A stretch of 44,224 bases of DNA from Bacteroidota bacterium (GCA_021793135.1 JAJYTI010000001.1:1-44224); one strand, 5' to 3'. Shown: positions 8,838 through 19,971, counted from the stretch's first letter. The notes: generated by a model not told the origin, from the sequence alone. A program made the numbers and translations.

Positions 8838-9816
8838 GAGCACACCAGAAGAGATTTCTGTAAAAGAGCTTATGATATTATTTCTTAAGCTATGGAATAG
8901 AGGAGTACAGCTGTTTTTACAAGCTGTACTTTTTGTGATAAAACATGCTATCCCTTTAGTAATACTAATCGGGTTAGGTATTGGAACAGCTTATTTTTTA
9001 AAGGACTCCAATCCGCGTTATAAACGTATGTTTATTATTTCTACAACAGAATTCACTGGTGATTTTTTAGTTGAAGAAATCAATAATATCAATTTAAAGT
9101 TTTCGAAAAACAATACCGAATTAAAATCGGAAATGTCTTTAGATGATATAAACTTAAATGGTATTAGTTATTCTATAGAACCAATTTTCGAGAAAGGTAT
9201 TCTAATGGAGAATTATGAATATCAATATATGAATTATCTGGTCGAGAATAATTTAATAGATAAAGAGTCTCAACAAAGAATAGCAGAGTTAGCAAATCAT
9301 AATTATGAAATAGAGATGATATACCCTGCGGATGTCGATGGGTTAAAAGTCTTTAATGCTACTATAGAATATTTACGTAATAATAAATTTGCAGCAGAGT
9401 TACATCGTGCTATACTTGATGATGTAACCTTTCAAATCAATGAAAATGACAGATTGGTTAGTTCTTTAGGAGATTATGTTGAAAATCTAGGTAATGATGC
9501 GAGGACGTTAGAGTATGACAGTAAAGGAATGATAATAGAAGGTGCCGAAGGATCTGATATAGGAGCTATGATTTATGCACGATCAGAGATGCAAAAGAAC
9601 ACCTATAAATTGAAAGCTAAAAAAGTTCAATTAGCCGAAAACTTTAGAATTTTAAACGAGGGAGAGTCTGTTAGGTTTTATGGAAAAGGAATTAAGAGTA
9701 AACGAATGCTTGTTTATCCTTTCTTATTTGTATCTGCTTATCTATTTGTACTTTTTGTAGTCTATATTATTCGTAAAGCTATAGCATTAGATAATGAATT
9801 GAAAACAGAAACCTAA
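8827..9816 (+). CDS. bitopic membrane protein with Wzz/PCP-like topology (possible chain-length determinant), function unverified
   Basis: One TM helix near the N-terminus (AIPLVILIGLGIGTAYF), about 230 aa of hydrophilic coiled-coil-like loop, and one TM at the extreme C-terminus (LVYPFLFVSAYLFVLFVVYII). It lies first in the polysaccharide locus. I could not see the proline-rich Wzz motif. Confidence 0.35.
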   Translation: MTNRSTPEEISVKELMILFLKLWNRGVQLFLQAVLFVIKHAIPLVILIGLGIGTAYFLKDSNPRYKRMFIISTTEFTGDFLVEEINNINLKFSKNNTELKSEMSLDDINLNGISYSIEPIFEKGILMENYEYQYMNYLVENNLIDKESQQRIAELANHNYEIEMIYPADVDGLKVFNATIEYLRNNKFAAELHRAILDDVTFQINENDRLVSSLGDYVENLGNDARTLEYDSKGMIIEGAEGSDIGAMIYARSEMQKNTYKLKAKKVQLAENFRILNEGESVRFYGKGIKSKRMLVYPFLFVSAYLFVLFVVYIIRKAIALDNELKTET

Positions 9817-9817
9817 T

Positions 9818-10831
9818 ATGCGTTATGTATTGGTAACCGGAGGTGCCGGATTTATTGGAGCAAATTTTGTTGAATATCTTTTTAGTTTAGATAAAGACTA
9901 TCATATTCTAGTCCTAGATAAACTTACATATGCAGGAGATAAAGAGAATTTAAAAAAGGTTTGGGATCATACCAATTTTACTTTTATAAAAGGAGATATA
10001 ACCGATACCGACTTATTACAATCTTTATTTAACCAATACCAAATTTCCAATATTGTCCATTTTGCAGCAGAATCACATGTAGATAATTCCATCACAGGAC
10101 CTGAAGCTTTTATACAAACCAATATTATAGGAACGTTTCGTTTACTAGAACAATGTAGAAACACATGGCTAGAAAATGCTAACGAATTAAAAGAAGAATA
10201 TAAAAACGCACGTTTCCTACATGTCTCTACTGATGAGGTTTATGGTACATTAGGCAAGAAAGGTTTATTTAAAGAAACCACAGCATATGCACCAAACAGT
10301 CCGTATAGCGCTTCTAAGGCATCCTCAGACTTTCTTGTTCGAAGTTATTACCATACCTATGGGTTGCCAGTAATTACTACTAACTGCTCTAATAACTATG
10401 GACCTTACCAACATAGAGAAAAACTTATTCCTACTATAATCCGTAAAGCGCTTGCAGGAGAATTGATTCCAATTTATGGAACAGGGGAAAACATTCGCGA
10501 TTGGCTATACGTAACGGACCATTGTGAAGGGATTTATTTAGCATGGACCAAAGGAAGGCTAGGAGAAACATATAATATTGGTGGAAAGAATGAAAAAACC
10601 AATATTGAAATTGCCGATATTATTTGTGACATTTTAGATAAAAAAGCGCCTTCCACAGCATCTTATAGTAAACAAATAAGTTTTGTAGAAGATCGATTAG
10701 GTCACGATTTTAGATATGCTATAGATGCAACTAAGATTACAAACGAACTTAATTGGAAGGCAAAAGAAAATTTTGCTTCAGGAATAGAGAAAACGGTAGA
10801 TTGGTATTTAGATAACAGAGAAAGATTATGA
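9818..10831 (+). CDS. rfbB: dTDP-glucose 4,6-dehydratase
   Basis: TGGAGFIG Rossmann motif, STDEVYG, YSASKA (YxxxK); 337 aa. Confidence 0.95.
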   Translation: MRYVLVTGGAGFIGANFVEYLFSLDKDYHILVLDKLTYAGDKENLKKVWDHTNFTFIKGDITDTDLLQSLFNQYQISNIVHFAAESHVDNSITGPEAFIQTNIIGTFRLLEQCRNTWLENANELKEEYKNARFLHVSTDEVYGTLGKKGLFKETTAYAPNSPYSASKASSDFLVRSYYHTYGLPVITTNCSNNYGPYQHREKLIPTIIRKALAGELIPIYGTGENIRDWLYVTDHCEGIYLAWTKGRLGETYNIGGKNEKTNIEIADIICDILDKKAPSTASYSKQISFVEDRLGHDFRYAIDATKITNELNWKAKENFASGIEKTVDWYLDNRERL

Positions 10832-11685
10832 AAGGGATTGTTTTAGCAGGAGGTTCGGGTACTAGATTGCATCCGCTTACACTAGCAATAAGCAAACAGC
10901 TTATGCCCGTGTATAATAAGCCTATGATATACTATCCACTTTCTACTTTGATGTATGCAGGAATTCAAGAGATTTTAATTATTTCTACACCACAAGATTT
11001 ACCGCTTTTTAAACGATTATTAGGAGATGGACAGCAATATGGATGTAAATTTGAATATGCCGTCCAAGAAGAGCCTAATGGGCTTGCAGAAGCGTTTATA
11101 ATAGGAGAGAAGTTTATAGGAGAAGATAAAGTAGCATTAATACTAGGTGATAACCTTTTTTATGGTGCTGGATTAAACCGATTGCTTCAGGCCAATACCA
11201 ATCCAAATGGTGGAATTATTTATGCTTATCACGTTCACGATCCGGAACGTTATGGTGTAGTTGATTTTGATAAAAATGGAAAAGTTTTATCTATAGAAGA
11301 GAAACCTACTCATCCAAAATCTAATTATGCTGTACCAGGTATTTATTTTTACGATAATGAAGTAGTTTCTATTGCGAGAAAAATAAAACCTAGCAATCGA
11401 GGCGAATTAGAAATAACTGATATAAATAATGCTTATTTACAGCAAGGAAAACTTCATGTAAGCATTTTAGATAAAGGGACTGCTTGGTTGGATACTGGTA
11501 CTTTTGAATCCTTAATGCAAGCAGCACAATTTGTTGAAGTAATTGAAGAACGTCAAGGTTTAATGGTAGGTTCGATAGAGGAAGCCGCCTATACTATGGG
11601 ATATATCGATAAAAACCAATTACAAAAACTAGCCAAACCACTAATGAAAAGTGGATATGGCGAATATTTGTCTAATTTAAAATAA
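10828..11685 (+). CDS. rfbA: glucose-1-phosphate thymidylyltransferase
   Basis: [16 protein letters not shown] signature; 285 aa; ATGA overlap with rfbB. Confidence 0.95.
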   Translation: MKGIVLAGGSGTRLHPLTLAISKQLMPVYNKPMIYYPLSTLMYAGIQEILIISTPQDLPLFKRLLGDGQQYGCKFEYAVQEEPNGLAEAFIIGEKFIGEDKVALILGDNLFYGAGLNRLLQANTNPNGGIIYAYHVHDPERYGVVDFDKNGKVLSIEEKPTHPKSNYAVPGIYFYDNEVVSIARKIKPSNRGELEITDINNAYLQQGKLHVSILDKGTAWLDTGTFESLMQAAQFVEVIEERQGLMVGSIEEAAYTMGYIDKNQLQKLAKPLMKSGYGEYLSNLK

Positions 11686-11692
11686 ATTTTTT

Positions 11693-12250
11693 GTGATCAT
11701 ACATCAAACGCCATTAGATGGATGCTTTGTAATAGAACCGAAAGTATTTACAGACCTTCGAGGAACTTTTATAGAAGTATTTCATCAAAAGGATTTTATA
11801 GAAAAAACCGGTTTAGACATTCACTTTGTGCAAGACAATCAATCGATTTCTAAATATGGTGTTTTACGTGGATTACATTTTCAAACAGGCGAAGCTAGTC
11901 AAGCAAAACTAGTACGCGTAGTAAAGGGAGAAGTATTAGATGTAGTAGTTGATTTACGAACAGAATCTAAAACTTTTGGACAGTATTATTCTATAAAACT
12001 AAGCGAAACGAATCATAAACAGCTTTTTATACCACGAGGATTTGCTCATGGTTTTGTAAGCTTAGCAGAAGAAAGTATTTTTTCTTATAAATGCGACAAT
12101 TACTATAATCCAAAAGCTGAAGCAGGAATTCATTTTAATGACGCAACTTTACAGATAGATTGGCATCTTCCAAATGAAGATTTAATTATATCAGATAAAG
12201 ATTTAGCACTTCCGAGTTTTAAGGAGTTTGTTTCATGGAAAAAAAAATAG
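11693..12250 (+). CDS. rfbC: dTDP-4-dehydrorhamnose 3,5-epimerase
   Basis: GTG start. Cupin core with DLRGTFIE and RGLHFQ motifs; 185 aa. Confidence 0.93.
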   Translation: MIIHQTPLDGCFVIEPKVFTDLRGTFIEVFHQKDFIEKTGLDIHFVQDNQSISKYGVLRGLHFQTGEASQAKLVRVVKGEVLDVVVDLRTESKTFGQYYSIKLSETNHKQLFIPRGFAHGFVSLAEESIFSYKCDNYYNPKAEAGIHFNDATLQIDWHLPNEDLIISDKDLALPSFKEFVSWKKK

Positions 12251-13077
12251 TAGTAACAGGTGCAGAGGGACAACTAGGATGTTGTGTGAAAAACATAACC
12301 AAAGAATATCCAAATCTGTCCTTTACTTATCTCAATAAACAACTATTAGATGTCACCGACTTAGAATCTGTTCTAGAATACTTCGATGATAACGAGTGTA
12401 CTCATATAATCAATGCTGCAGCATATACTTATGTGGATCTAGCAGAAGAAAATCAAGAAAAAGCTTTCCTAATAAATGAGCAAGGAGCAAAAAATTTAGC
12501 GATAGCTTCTGTTATATTTGATATAGAATTATTACACATTTCTACCGATTATGTTTTCGATGGAAATGCATTCGAACCATATACAGAAAGCACACTAGCA
12601 AACCCAATTAACATTTACGGAGCTTCGAAATTAGCAGGAGAAAAAGCTATTGCTGAGATTGGAGAAAAATATATCATTCTCCGTACATCATGGCTATATT
12701 CTCCTTTTGGACATAATTTCTATCTAAGTATAAAAAAAGCTATAGAGGAGAAAAAGGGATTGAAAATTACTACCGAGCAGATAGGCACACCAACAAATGC
12801 TATAAATTTAGCTAAGGTCTTACTAGAATTTATTCAGAAAGAAGATAAGGATTACGGAATTTATCATTATTCCGATGCAGGTCAAGCCACTTGGTATGAT
12901 TTTGCTTATGCAATTGAGTGTAAAACTTTAGGAAAAAACAAAGGATATATTAACCCCATAGATAATTATCCAACCAAAGCTAAACGTCCATTATACAGTG
13001 TATTAAGTAACGATAAAATAAAAAAAGTATTAGATATTAATCCCCAACCATGGCAAGATGCCTTGAAAGAATTATAG
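12235..13077 (+). CDS. rfbD: dTDP-4-dehydrorhamnose reductase
   Basis: VTGAEGQLG, ISTDYVFDG, YGASK motifs; 280 aa. It overlaps rfbC by 16 nt. Confidence 0.93.
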   Translation: MEKKIVVTGAEGQLGCCVKNITKEYPNLSFTYLNKQLLDVTDLESVLEYFDDNECTHIINAAAYTYVDLAEENQEKAFLINEQGAKNLAIASVIFDIELLHISTDYVFDGNAFEPYTESTLANPINIYGASKLAGEKAIAEIGEKYIILRTSWLYSPFGHNFYLSIKKAIEEKKGLKITTEQIGTPTNAINLAKVLLEFIQKEDKDYGIYHYSDAGQATWYDFAYAIECKTLGKNKGYINPIDNYPTKAKRPLYSVLSNDKIKKVLDINPQPWQDALKEL

Positions 13078-13083
13078 AATTTC

Positions 13084-14202
13084 ATGCAAAAGAAAAAGAA
13101 TCTTATCGTATTTGGAACCAGACCCGAAGCTATTAAAATGGCGCCCTTAGTCCATGCTTTTCAAAAAGAAAAAGATTTTGATACTCGGGTATGTATAACG
13201 GCGCAACATAGAGAAATGCTTGATCAAGTGTTAGATTTTTTCAACATTTCCGCCGATTACGATTTAGATTTAATGAAACCTGGACAATCGCTTTATTCTT
13301 TGACTGCAGCAATTATTACTGGTATGCAATCGGTTTTAGAAGAATTCAAACCTGATTATGTCTATGTGCATGGTGATACTACAACGTCTTCTATTGCTGC
13401 TTTAGCCGCTTTTTATAGTGGAGCTAAAGTATGTCATGTCGAAGCTGGATTGCGTACACATAATAAATGGTCTCCATTTCCAGAAGAGATGAATAGACAA
13501 TTAACGGGACGCCTTACCGATTTACATTTTGCACCTACAGAACGTGCTAAAGAAAATCTTTTAAAAGAAAATACACCAACAAATAAGATTTTTGTTACTG
13601 GAAATACAGTAGTCGATGCGTTACAACATAGTGTCGAAACGGTAACAAAATCTCTTAGTGAGAAAGCTCAAGAAATAGAGGAGTGGTTGGAAGGTAGAGA
13701 ACTTTTATTAGTTACAGGCCACCGTAGAGAAAACCATGGGGATGGTTTTGATAGAATTTGTGAAGCTTTACAACAAATAGCTAAAAACAATCCCGAAATT
13801 GCAATTGTATATCCAGTGCATTTAAATCCAAATGTTCAAAAACCAGTAAATAAATTCTTGAAAGATATATCAAATATCAAACTTTTAGAACCGCTGGCTT
13901 ATCAAGATTTTATTTGGTTAATGCATCGATCAAAATTGATAATTACTGATAGTGGAGGTGTGCAAGAAGAAGCGCCTAGCTTAGGAAAACCAGTTCTAGT
14001 AATGCGAGATACTACAGAAAGACCAGAAGCTGTAGAAGCAGGTACAGTAATTTTAGTAGGCACAAATACAGAAAAAATTATTTCAGAAACTGAGGATTTA
14101 TTACACAATTCCGAGCGTTATAATAAGATGAGCGAGTTACATAATCCTTATGGAGATGGTAAAGCAGCACAACGAATAGTAGAAATTATAAAAAAACATT
14201 AA
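13084..14202 (+). CDS. wecB: UDP-N-acetylglucosamine 2-epimerase (non-hydrolysing)
   Basis: FGTRPEAIKMAP, HVEAGLRT and DSGGVQEEAPSLGKPVLV motifs; 372 aa. Confidence 0.95.
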   Translation: MQKKKNLIVFGTRPEAIKMAPLVHAFQKEKDFDTRVCITAQHREMLDQVLDFFNISADYDLDLMKPGQSLYSLTAAIITGMQSVLEEFKPDYVYVHGDTTTSSIAALAAFYSGAKVCHVEAGLRTHNKWSPFPEEMNRQLTGRLTDLHFAPTERAKENLLKENTPTNKIFVTGNTVVDALQHSVETVTKSLSEKAQEIEEWLEGRELLLVTGHRRENHGDGFDRICEALQQIAKNNPEIAIVYPVHLNPNVQKPVNKFLKDISNIKLLEPLAYQDFIWLMHRSKLIITDSGGVQEEAPSLGKPVLVMRDTTERPEAVEAGTVILVGTNTEKIISETEDLLHNSERYNKMSELHNPYGDGKAAQRIVEIIKKH

Positions 14203-14205
14203 TCC

Positions 14206-15417
14206 ATGCAGCAAAAACCTAGCGTAGTAATGATGGGCCTAGGGTACATAGGTCTCCCCACAGCAGCTTTAATTGCCAGCAAAGGTTTACAAGTTACAGG
14301 TGTAGATATATCAGAAGAAGTAGTAGAAATTATAAATAAAGGCTCTATTCATATTGTAGAACCAGATTTAGAAGGTTTGGTACATAACGTAGTGAAAAGA
14401 GGCACACTAAAAGCTACTACAAAGCCGATTACAGCCGATGTTTATTTAATAGCGGTTCCTACTCCATTTAAAGAAGATAAAGTGCCGAATTTGAGCTATG
14501 TACAAAAAGCAATAGAAGCTATTGTACCTGTTTTAGAAAAGGGAGCACTAATAATATTAGAATCTACCAGCCCCATAGGAACTACCGAATGGATGCAAAA
14601 ACTGGTTTATGAATATAGACCAGAATTAAAAGACAATATTTATTTAGCCTATTGTCCAGAACGTGTTCTACCAGGAAACGTAATTTATGAGCTTAAAACA
14701 AATGATCGTGCTATTGGTGGAATCAATCCTGAGTCTACAGAGAAAGCGATTGAGTTTTACCGCTACTTTGTAACGGGGACGCTTTATGAAACCAATGCGA
14801 AAACAGCTGAAATGGTTAAAATAGTGGAGAATGCTTCTAGAGATAATCAAATTGCTTTTGCAAATGAATTATCCATTATTTGTGACAAAGTAGGAGTAAA
14901 TGTATGGGAGATGATTGAATTGGCAAACAAGCATCCTAGAGTAAATATATTACAGCCAGGAACCGGTGTAGGAGGTCATTGTATTGCTGTAGATCCATGG
15001 TTTATTATAACTAATAATCCCGAAGAAAGTAAGCTTATGCAAGCTTCTAGAGAACGAAATCTCTATAAAACCGAATGGGTAGTAGAGAAGATAAAAAATG
15101 AAGCTTTAGCATTCGAAATTCGACACAAAAGAAAACCCATTGTTGCAGCTATGGGATTGGCGTTTAAACCGAATATTGACGATATGCGTGAATCGCCTGC
15201 TCTATACGTGGCCGAGCAATTAAAAAATGCGAATATTGATCTTCTAGAAGTAGAACCAAATTTAAATAATGGTAAACGTAATGGAACTATACATTACAAA
15301 GATGCGATACAAAAAGCCGATATTATCGTATTTCTAGTAGCACATAAAGTATTTAAAAATTTGGATATTCCGAAAGAGAAAATAGTTTTGGATTATTGTG
15401 GAGTGACAAAAATATAA
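14206..15417 (+). CDS. wecC: UDP-N-acetyl-D-mannosamine dehydrogenase (nucleotide-sugar dehydrogenase)
   Basis: GLGYIGLP Rossmann motif and catalytic Cys context GVGGHCI; 403 aa. It sits immediately downstream of wecB. Confidence 0.85.
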   Translation: MQQKPSVVMMGLGYIGLPTAALIASKGLQVTGVDISEEVVEIINKGSIHIVEPDLEGLVHNVVKRGTLKATTKPITADVYLIAVPTPFKEDKVPNLSYVQKAIEAIVPVLEKGALIILESTSPIGTTEWMQKLVYEYRPELKDNIYLAYCPERVLPGNVIYELKTNDRAIGGINPESTEKAIEFYRYFVTGTLYETNAKTAEMVKIVENASRDNQIAFANELSIICDKVGVNVWEMIELANKHPRVNILQPGTGVGGHCIAVDPWFIITNNPEESKLMQASRERNLYKTEWVVEKIKNEALAFEIRHKRKPIVAAMGLAFKPNIDDMRESPALYVAEQLKNANIDLLEVEPNLNNGKRNGTIHYKDAIQKADIIVFLVAHKVFKNLDIPKEKIVLDYCGVTKI

Positions 15418-15420
15418 TAT

Positions 15421-16605
15421 GTGCTCGTGCAACGAATTAAGAAACTTATAATCGATAACCTTTCGTTGGCTATCATCCTATTAGGAGCGATGAGCAACTT
15501 CTTTTTGATTTTGTTTCTAAAAAAAGATTTCCCAGAAATCTTTACCCCATTATCTCTTTATCTTACCTATTTAGGAATTATCGGTAGTTTAGGACTGTTA
15601 GGTTTTGATCAAGTTTATCTTCGATTATCGCAAGTAGAAGAGCTTAAAACAAGTATCAGCAATAATATTCTTATGACCTTGTTAGGACTAATGCTGATAG
15701 TGCCGTTAGGTTTTGCATGGTATTTTGCTCGTTATGAATACTTACAGTTTTGGCAATTATATATATCAGGTGTAGCAATAAATGCCGTAATGCTGGGGTA
15801 TAATGCAAATCGTTTACAAAAGAATTTTTCCATATCGCAGATATTAAAAAACAGTTATAAGTTCTTGTTTCTTATTGGTGCATGGCTTATTTTGGTATTC
15901 CTACAAAAGGATGTGGAGATTTCAATCTTGTTTTTATACGCATCTTTTCTTTTATTATTCTGTGGTATTCTATCATTCGTAAGCTTTTGGAATACTACCG
16001 CTATTAATCAAATTAAAAGTATTGGAGTATTCTTATTTGCTGTATCGTTTGGATTAAATATTGCATTGATCACATTGCTTGGGTATGGTGAACGAATATT
16101 GATTGCTGATAAAATAAATGAAGCGACCTTTGCAACTTACTTTTACTATTTGACCATATTCTTATTTCCATTGACTCTTTTACAAGAGTACGTAGGTTTT
16201 AAAGAATTGGTGTATTTCAAAGAAAAAGTAGATAAACAAAAAGTATATGCTAAAATCTTACAACTCATTGGATTAGGAATTTTAACGTATGTTGCTATTT
16301 TAATGGTAGTTTGGATAGATAATGGACGTTTTCTAAATGTAAATCTATCTGATGATTATATTTTAATAGCATGGATGAGTATACTTGGACTAATTAAATT
16401 GGTTTACAGTCTATTTTCGGCAATTTTAGGAGCAAAAGGTGAATCAAGAAGTATAAACGTTATAAATATCTTTACCGTATTGTTAATAGTTATACTTTGG
16501 GGTTCTATGCAGTTAATAGGATATTCTTTAAATGGTATTATCATTAGCTTGATTTTGGTATTTTTATATCGCAGTATTCACACCTATTTCCTATATGTTC
16601 GATAA
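15421..16605 (+). CDS. polytopic membrane protein, Wzx flippase-like
   Basis: GTG start; 394 aa and almost entirely hydrophobic helices (about 10-12 TM). Position and topology fit an O-unit flippase. No diagnostic motif was checked. Confidence 0.5.
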   Translation: MLVQRIKKLIIDNLSLAIILLGAMSNFFLILFLKKDFPEIFTPLSLYLTYLGIIGSLGLLGFDQVYLRLSQVEELKTSISNNILMTLLGLMLIVPLGFAWYFARYEYLQFWQLYISGVAINAVMLGYNANRLQKNFSISQILKNSYKFLFLIGAWLILVFLQKDVEISILFLYASFLLLFCGILSFVSFWNTTAINQIKSIGVFLFAVSFGLNIALITLLGYGERILIADKINEATFATYFYYLTIFLFPLTLLQEYVGFKELVYFKEKVDKQKVYAKILQLIGLGILTYVAILMVVWIDNGRFLNVNLSDDYILIAWMSILGLIKLVYSLFSAILGAKGESRSINVINIFTVLLIVILWGSMQLIGYSLNGIIISLILVFLYRSIHTYFLYVR

Positions 16606-17770
16606 CAAAATAGCTACACAACCTATATTAGATAGCATCATTATTATTTTGCTATCCTTGACATACGCCGGTATTTCAAGTGGAATATTCTTTGGAATTA
16701 GAGTAGTGGATATCCTTATTCTTGTAGCTCTTATTTATAAAGCAAAAACAAAGATAAGTTCGATTACTTGGATACTTGTCGGACTATGGTTTGTATCCAT
16801 AGCAATCTCTACTATAGTTGGTTTTACTGGTAAAGCACCTTACCTAATTAGTGATTTTCGATTTTTCGTGATATTTGGATTAGGGGTATTATTAGCGCGA
16901 AGTTTAGCTAAAAATGAGACTATTAATGTAGAATACATTTTTTATTTTATTCTAATAGGCACCCTCATTATATATTATATAATACCTTATCTCCCTGTCA
17001 TTCGATTCTATTATATTCCTGAGAGTTTTCAAAATGAAGAACATAAAAATACTGTTTTTGGACCTAGTGTAATATTATTAAATTACCTATATATTTATTT
17101 AGTTTTTAAGGATAGAAATCGGCACTTCTTATTCTATTTTAGTTATGTAGCCGCCGCATTACTAATTTTTAACTTACGAATTTCTCGTCAAGATTTAGTG
17201 ATTATGTTATTACTATTTGCTTGGTCTATCGGTTACCGTTTGATTTACAATATTAAATTAACCTACTTATTAATAATTGCTGTTGGATGTATTGCCGCAG
17301 TGACCTATTTATCTACAACAAATAATGATCGTATTCGTGGAATTCTAGATCCTAAAAAAGATACTTCCTTTAATTATCGAGTAATTTCGAATGCCGACTT
17401 TATGAATAAATTCCAACGTGCTTCGGTAACAGAACAAGCATTTGGATTTGGTATTGGTTCAACTTTTATATTTCATTATAATGAATATTTAGGAGTTCGA
17501 ATTTTAAATATTTTGGACAATACGCCGTTAACTATTCTATTGAAGTCAGGTTATTTAGGTTTATTATTATACCTACTGATCGTTTTATATCCTATGTTGT
17601 ATTTAACTTGGCATCAGCGACTTTTATTATTATTCCCGATTGTTTTATCGATGTTCTTATTTAACCATGCCTTATATAATGTTTTATATATCTTCGGCCT
17701 TTATTTTGTAGCATTTAAATTAAAAGCAGATCGGTATTACAAACTAAATCAAGCAAATAATCCCCAATAA
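16595..17770 (+). CDS. polytopic membrane protein, O-antigen polymerase (Wzy)/ligase superfamily-like
   Basis: 391 aa, multi-TM. A late hydrophilic loop is followed by DNTPLTILLKSGYLGLLLYL, which resembles the Wzy_C x-N-x2-L-x3-L-x3-G-x2-G segment. Confidence 0.5.
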   Translation: MFDNKIATQPILDSIIIILLSLTYAGISSGIFFGIRVVDILILVALIYKAKTKISSITWILVGLWFVSIAISTIVGFTGKAPYLISDFRFFVIFGLGVLLARSLAKNETINVEYIFYFILIGTLIIYYIIPYLPVIRFYYIPESFQNEEHKNTVFGPSVILLNYLYIYLVFKDRNRHFLFYFSYVAAALLIFNLRISRQDLVIMLLLFAWSIGYRLIYNIKLTYLLIIAVGCIAAVTYLSTTNNDRIRGILDPKKDTSFNYRVISNADFMNKFQRASVTEQAFGFGIGSTFIFHYNEYLGVRILNILDNTPLTILLKSGYLGLLLYLLIVLYPMLYLTWHQRLLLLFPIVLSMFLFNHALYNVLYIFGLYFVAFKLKADRYYKLNQANNPQ

Positions 17771-17774
17771 ATTT

Positions 17775-18887
17775 ATGCAGATTCCTATTTATTATTTTAC
17801 AGTAGAAGGTATTTCGTCGTCGGTTTTCGAATCGCAAGTGTATGCCTATATTTCTACATTACGATCGCAAGGAATTCCGGCAAAATTGATTATAGGACAA
17901 CGGTATAAAGCACGTGCAAGTATTAAAAAACTATTTCAGTTAAGTCGAGAAGACAATACGCAATTTATGTTTTTACCGCAGCAATTAGACTATGCTAAAA
18001 AAGCAAACCGACTAGCCAATCGTTTACCAAATAATCGTAAAATAATATTACACTGCCGGAATATTGAAGCCGCTTATATTGGGTTATTGGCACGTCAGAA
18101 AAATAAAAACATTAAACTATTATACGATGTGCGAGGTTATGTAGAAGATGAATTGAGATACTTTAAAGATTTTAATCGATTAGAGAAATTCGAAAAGATG
18201 CATAAAGCACTTTTTAAAGAACCGCTATATTATAATTTTGTTTCCGATAAACTTCGTGAAGTATATGAAGATAATTATCACGTGAAATTTAAGAATTATT
18301 CTATTTGCGTAAGTGCTTATAATGATAAGATTTTTAAGTTTAATCCTTCATATACTATAAAATCTTCATCCAAACCTAAAGTTGTTTTTGTTGGAGGAAG
18401 TCAATCCTATCAAAAAATAGAAGATTTAGTAAGTATGATTGAAAAACAGGGAACGATGGATTTTACAGTGATTACTAATAAAAAAATAACCATCCAAAAT
18501 TCCAAAAACACAAAGTTTTTATATGGATTAAAACCAACAGAAGTAGCACAAGCTTTAGATGGAGTGGATTATGGTATTTTATACCGTAGTAGCGAAGCAT
18601 TTAATGAAGTAGCTACTCCTACAAAAATTGCCGAATATTGGGGTAAGGGTTTAAAGGTGATTGCTATAAATTCTGCTGGTGCATATACATCAGTCATAAA
18701 AGAAAATCCATTTTTGGGATATGTATATGAAAACGAGAAGGAATATTTAAATCAAAGTCTACCAGAGATTAATAAAGAAGAATCACAAAAAATAGCTGAT
18801 TTTGCAGAGTCTAAATTCTCACTTTCTTCCAACTACATGAAGTATATGTTATTATACAATTCACTTTTAACTAAAGAGAATGCCTAA
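17775..18887 (+). CDS. glycosyltransferase (GT-B fold, GT4-like)
   Basis: 370 aa, soluble. C-terminal PTKIAEYWGKGLKVIAINSAG resembles the xK-x2-EY-x3-G-xPVI donor-binding helix of GT4 enzymes. Confidence 0.55.
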   Translation: MQIPIYYFTVEGISSSVFESQVYAYISTLRSQGIPAKLIIGQRYKARASIKKLFQLSREDNTQFMFLPQQLDYAKKANRLANRLPNNRKIILHCRNIEAAYIGLLARQKNKNIKLLYDVRGYVEDELRYFKDFNRLEKFEKMHKALFKEPLYYNFVSDKLREVYEDNYHVKFKNYSICVSAYNDKIFKFNPSYTIKSSSKPKVVFVGGSQSYQKIEDLVSMIEKQGTMDFTVITNKKITIQNSKNTKFLYGLKPTEVAQALDGVDYGILYRSSEAFNEVATPTKIAEYWGKGLKVIAINSAGAYTSVIKENPFLGYVYENEKEYLNQSLPEINKEESQKIADFAESKFSLSSNYMKYMLLYNSLLTKENA

Positions 18888-19903
18888 TGAAGCTGATAAG
18901 TTTATATACCCATCTTAGTCGTGTTGGCGGAGCAAATAATATGTGTGTTAATCTTCATCATGCTTTAATGCAGACAAATTATTTTCAAGAAGGGAAAGTG
19001 AGTTCTTTGTCTAGTTACGATATACTTGCAGCAAATTATAAAAAATCCTTATCAGAAGACGAATATTGCAAGTTTAACCTAATTAAGATATTAAAGCATT
19101 CAGATTCTTGTGTGTTTATTTCTCATCATAGGAAAATTACGAGTATGCTAGTTCTGGGTGCAAAAGCTTTAAGAAAAAACATTAAACTTATACACATAGC
19201 ACATACAACAAGTAATAAATTAGGTTTCGCAACCTTTTTTCCTAAGCATGTTGTTGCTATATCCAAAGGGGTAAAAAAGAATTTGGAATCTTATTTTGGA
19301 ATAAAAAACAGTCGTGTGATTTATAATGGGTCACCAATACCTACAAAAATTTGTGATAAAGACTATAATCCAAATGATATAATTGTTACAATGCCTGCAA
19401 CGATATACGACCTTAAACAGCAACTAGTTGTAACCCGTTATTTAAAAAATAAGTTACCAGCCGAAATTACCATTCAGTTTGCAGGTGACGGTCCAGATAG
19501 AGAAGAATTAGAACAATTAATTAAAAACGATACACAGTTTAAGGTTTTAGGTCATATTGACGATATGGAAAATTTATATTGCCAATCGGACTATGTGATG
19601 TTATTTTCAAAAATAGAAGGCTTGCCTCTGAGTTTAATAGAAGCACAAAGTTATGGAAGACCTATTATATGCAATGATGTAGGTGGAAATCTTGAAATTT
19701 TAAATCCAAACATAAATGGATTTTTTACTAATAATTTATCGGATTTATTATTGTGTTTACAAGAATTACCGAAAGTAGAAAATACTCAATATCAAAAAAT
19801 GAAGGAAAAGAGTTTAAAAAACTTCAACGAAAACTTCCAATTTGATAAAATGGTTAGTCAGTATTTCGATTTAATTAAAGAAGTAATCCATTCCAAATTT
19901 TAA
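18887..19903 (+). CDS. glycosyltransferase family 4 (GT1/GT4 GT-B)
   Basis: EGLPLSLIEAQSYGRPIICNDVGGNLEIL is a classic E-x7-E GT4 motif. The start overlaps the preceding stop (TAATG). Confidence 0.85.
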   Translation: MKLISLYTHLSRVGGANNMCVNLHHALMQTNYFQEGKVSSLSSYDILAANYKKSLSEDEYCKFNLIKILKHSDSCVFISHHRKITSMLVLGAKALRKNIKLIHIAHTTSNKLGFATFFPKHVVAISKGVKKNLESYFGIKNSRVIYNGSPIPTKICDKDYNPNDIIVTMPATIYDLKQQLVVTRYLKNKLPAEITIQFAGDGPDREELEQLIKNDTQFKVLGHIDDMENLYCQSDYVMLFSKIEGLPLSLIEAQSYGRPIICNDVGGNLEILNPNINGFFTNNLSDLLLCLQELPKVENTQYQKMKEKSLKNFNENFQFDKMVSQYFDLIKEVIHSKF

Positions 19904-19971
19904 TTGTATCTAATTACCTTAACTTTACTAATTAACTATACAACAAATTACATCCATTTAATTATAGAAAA

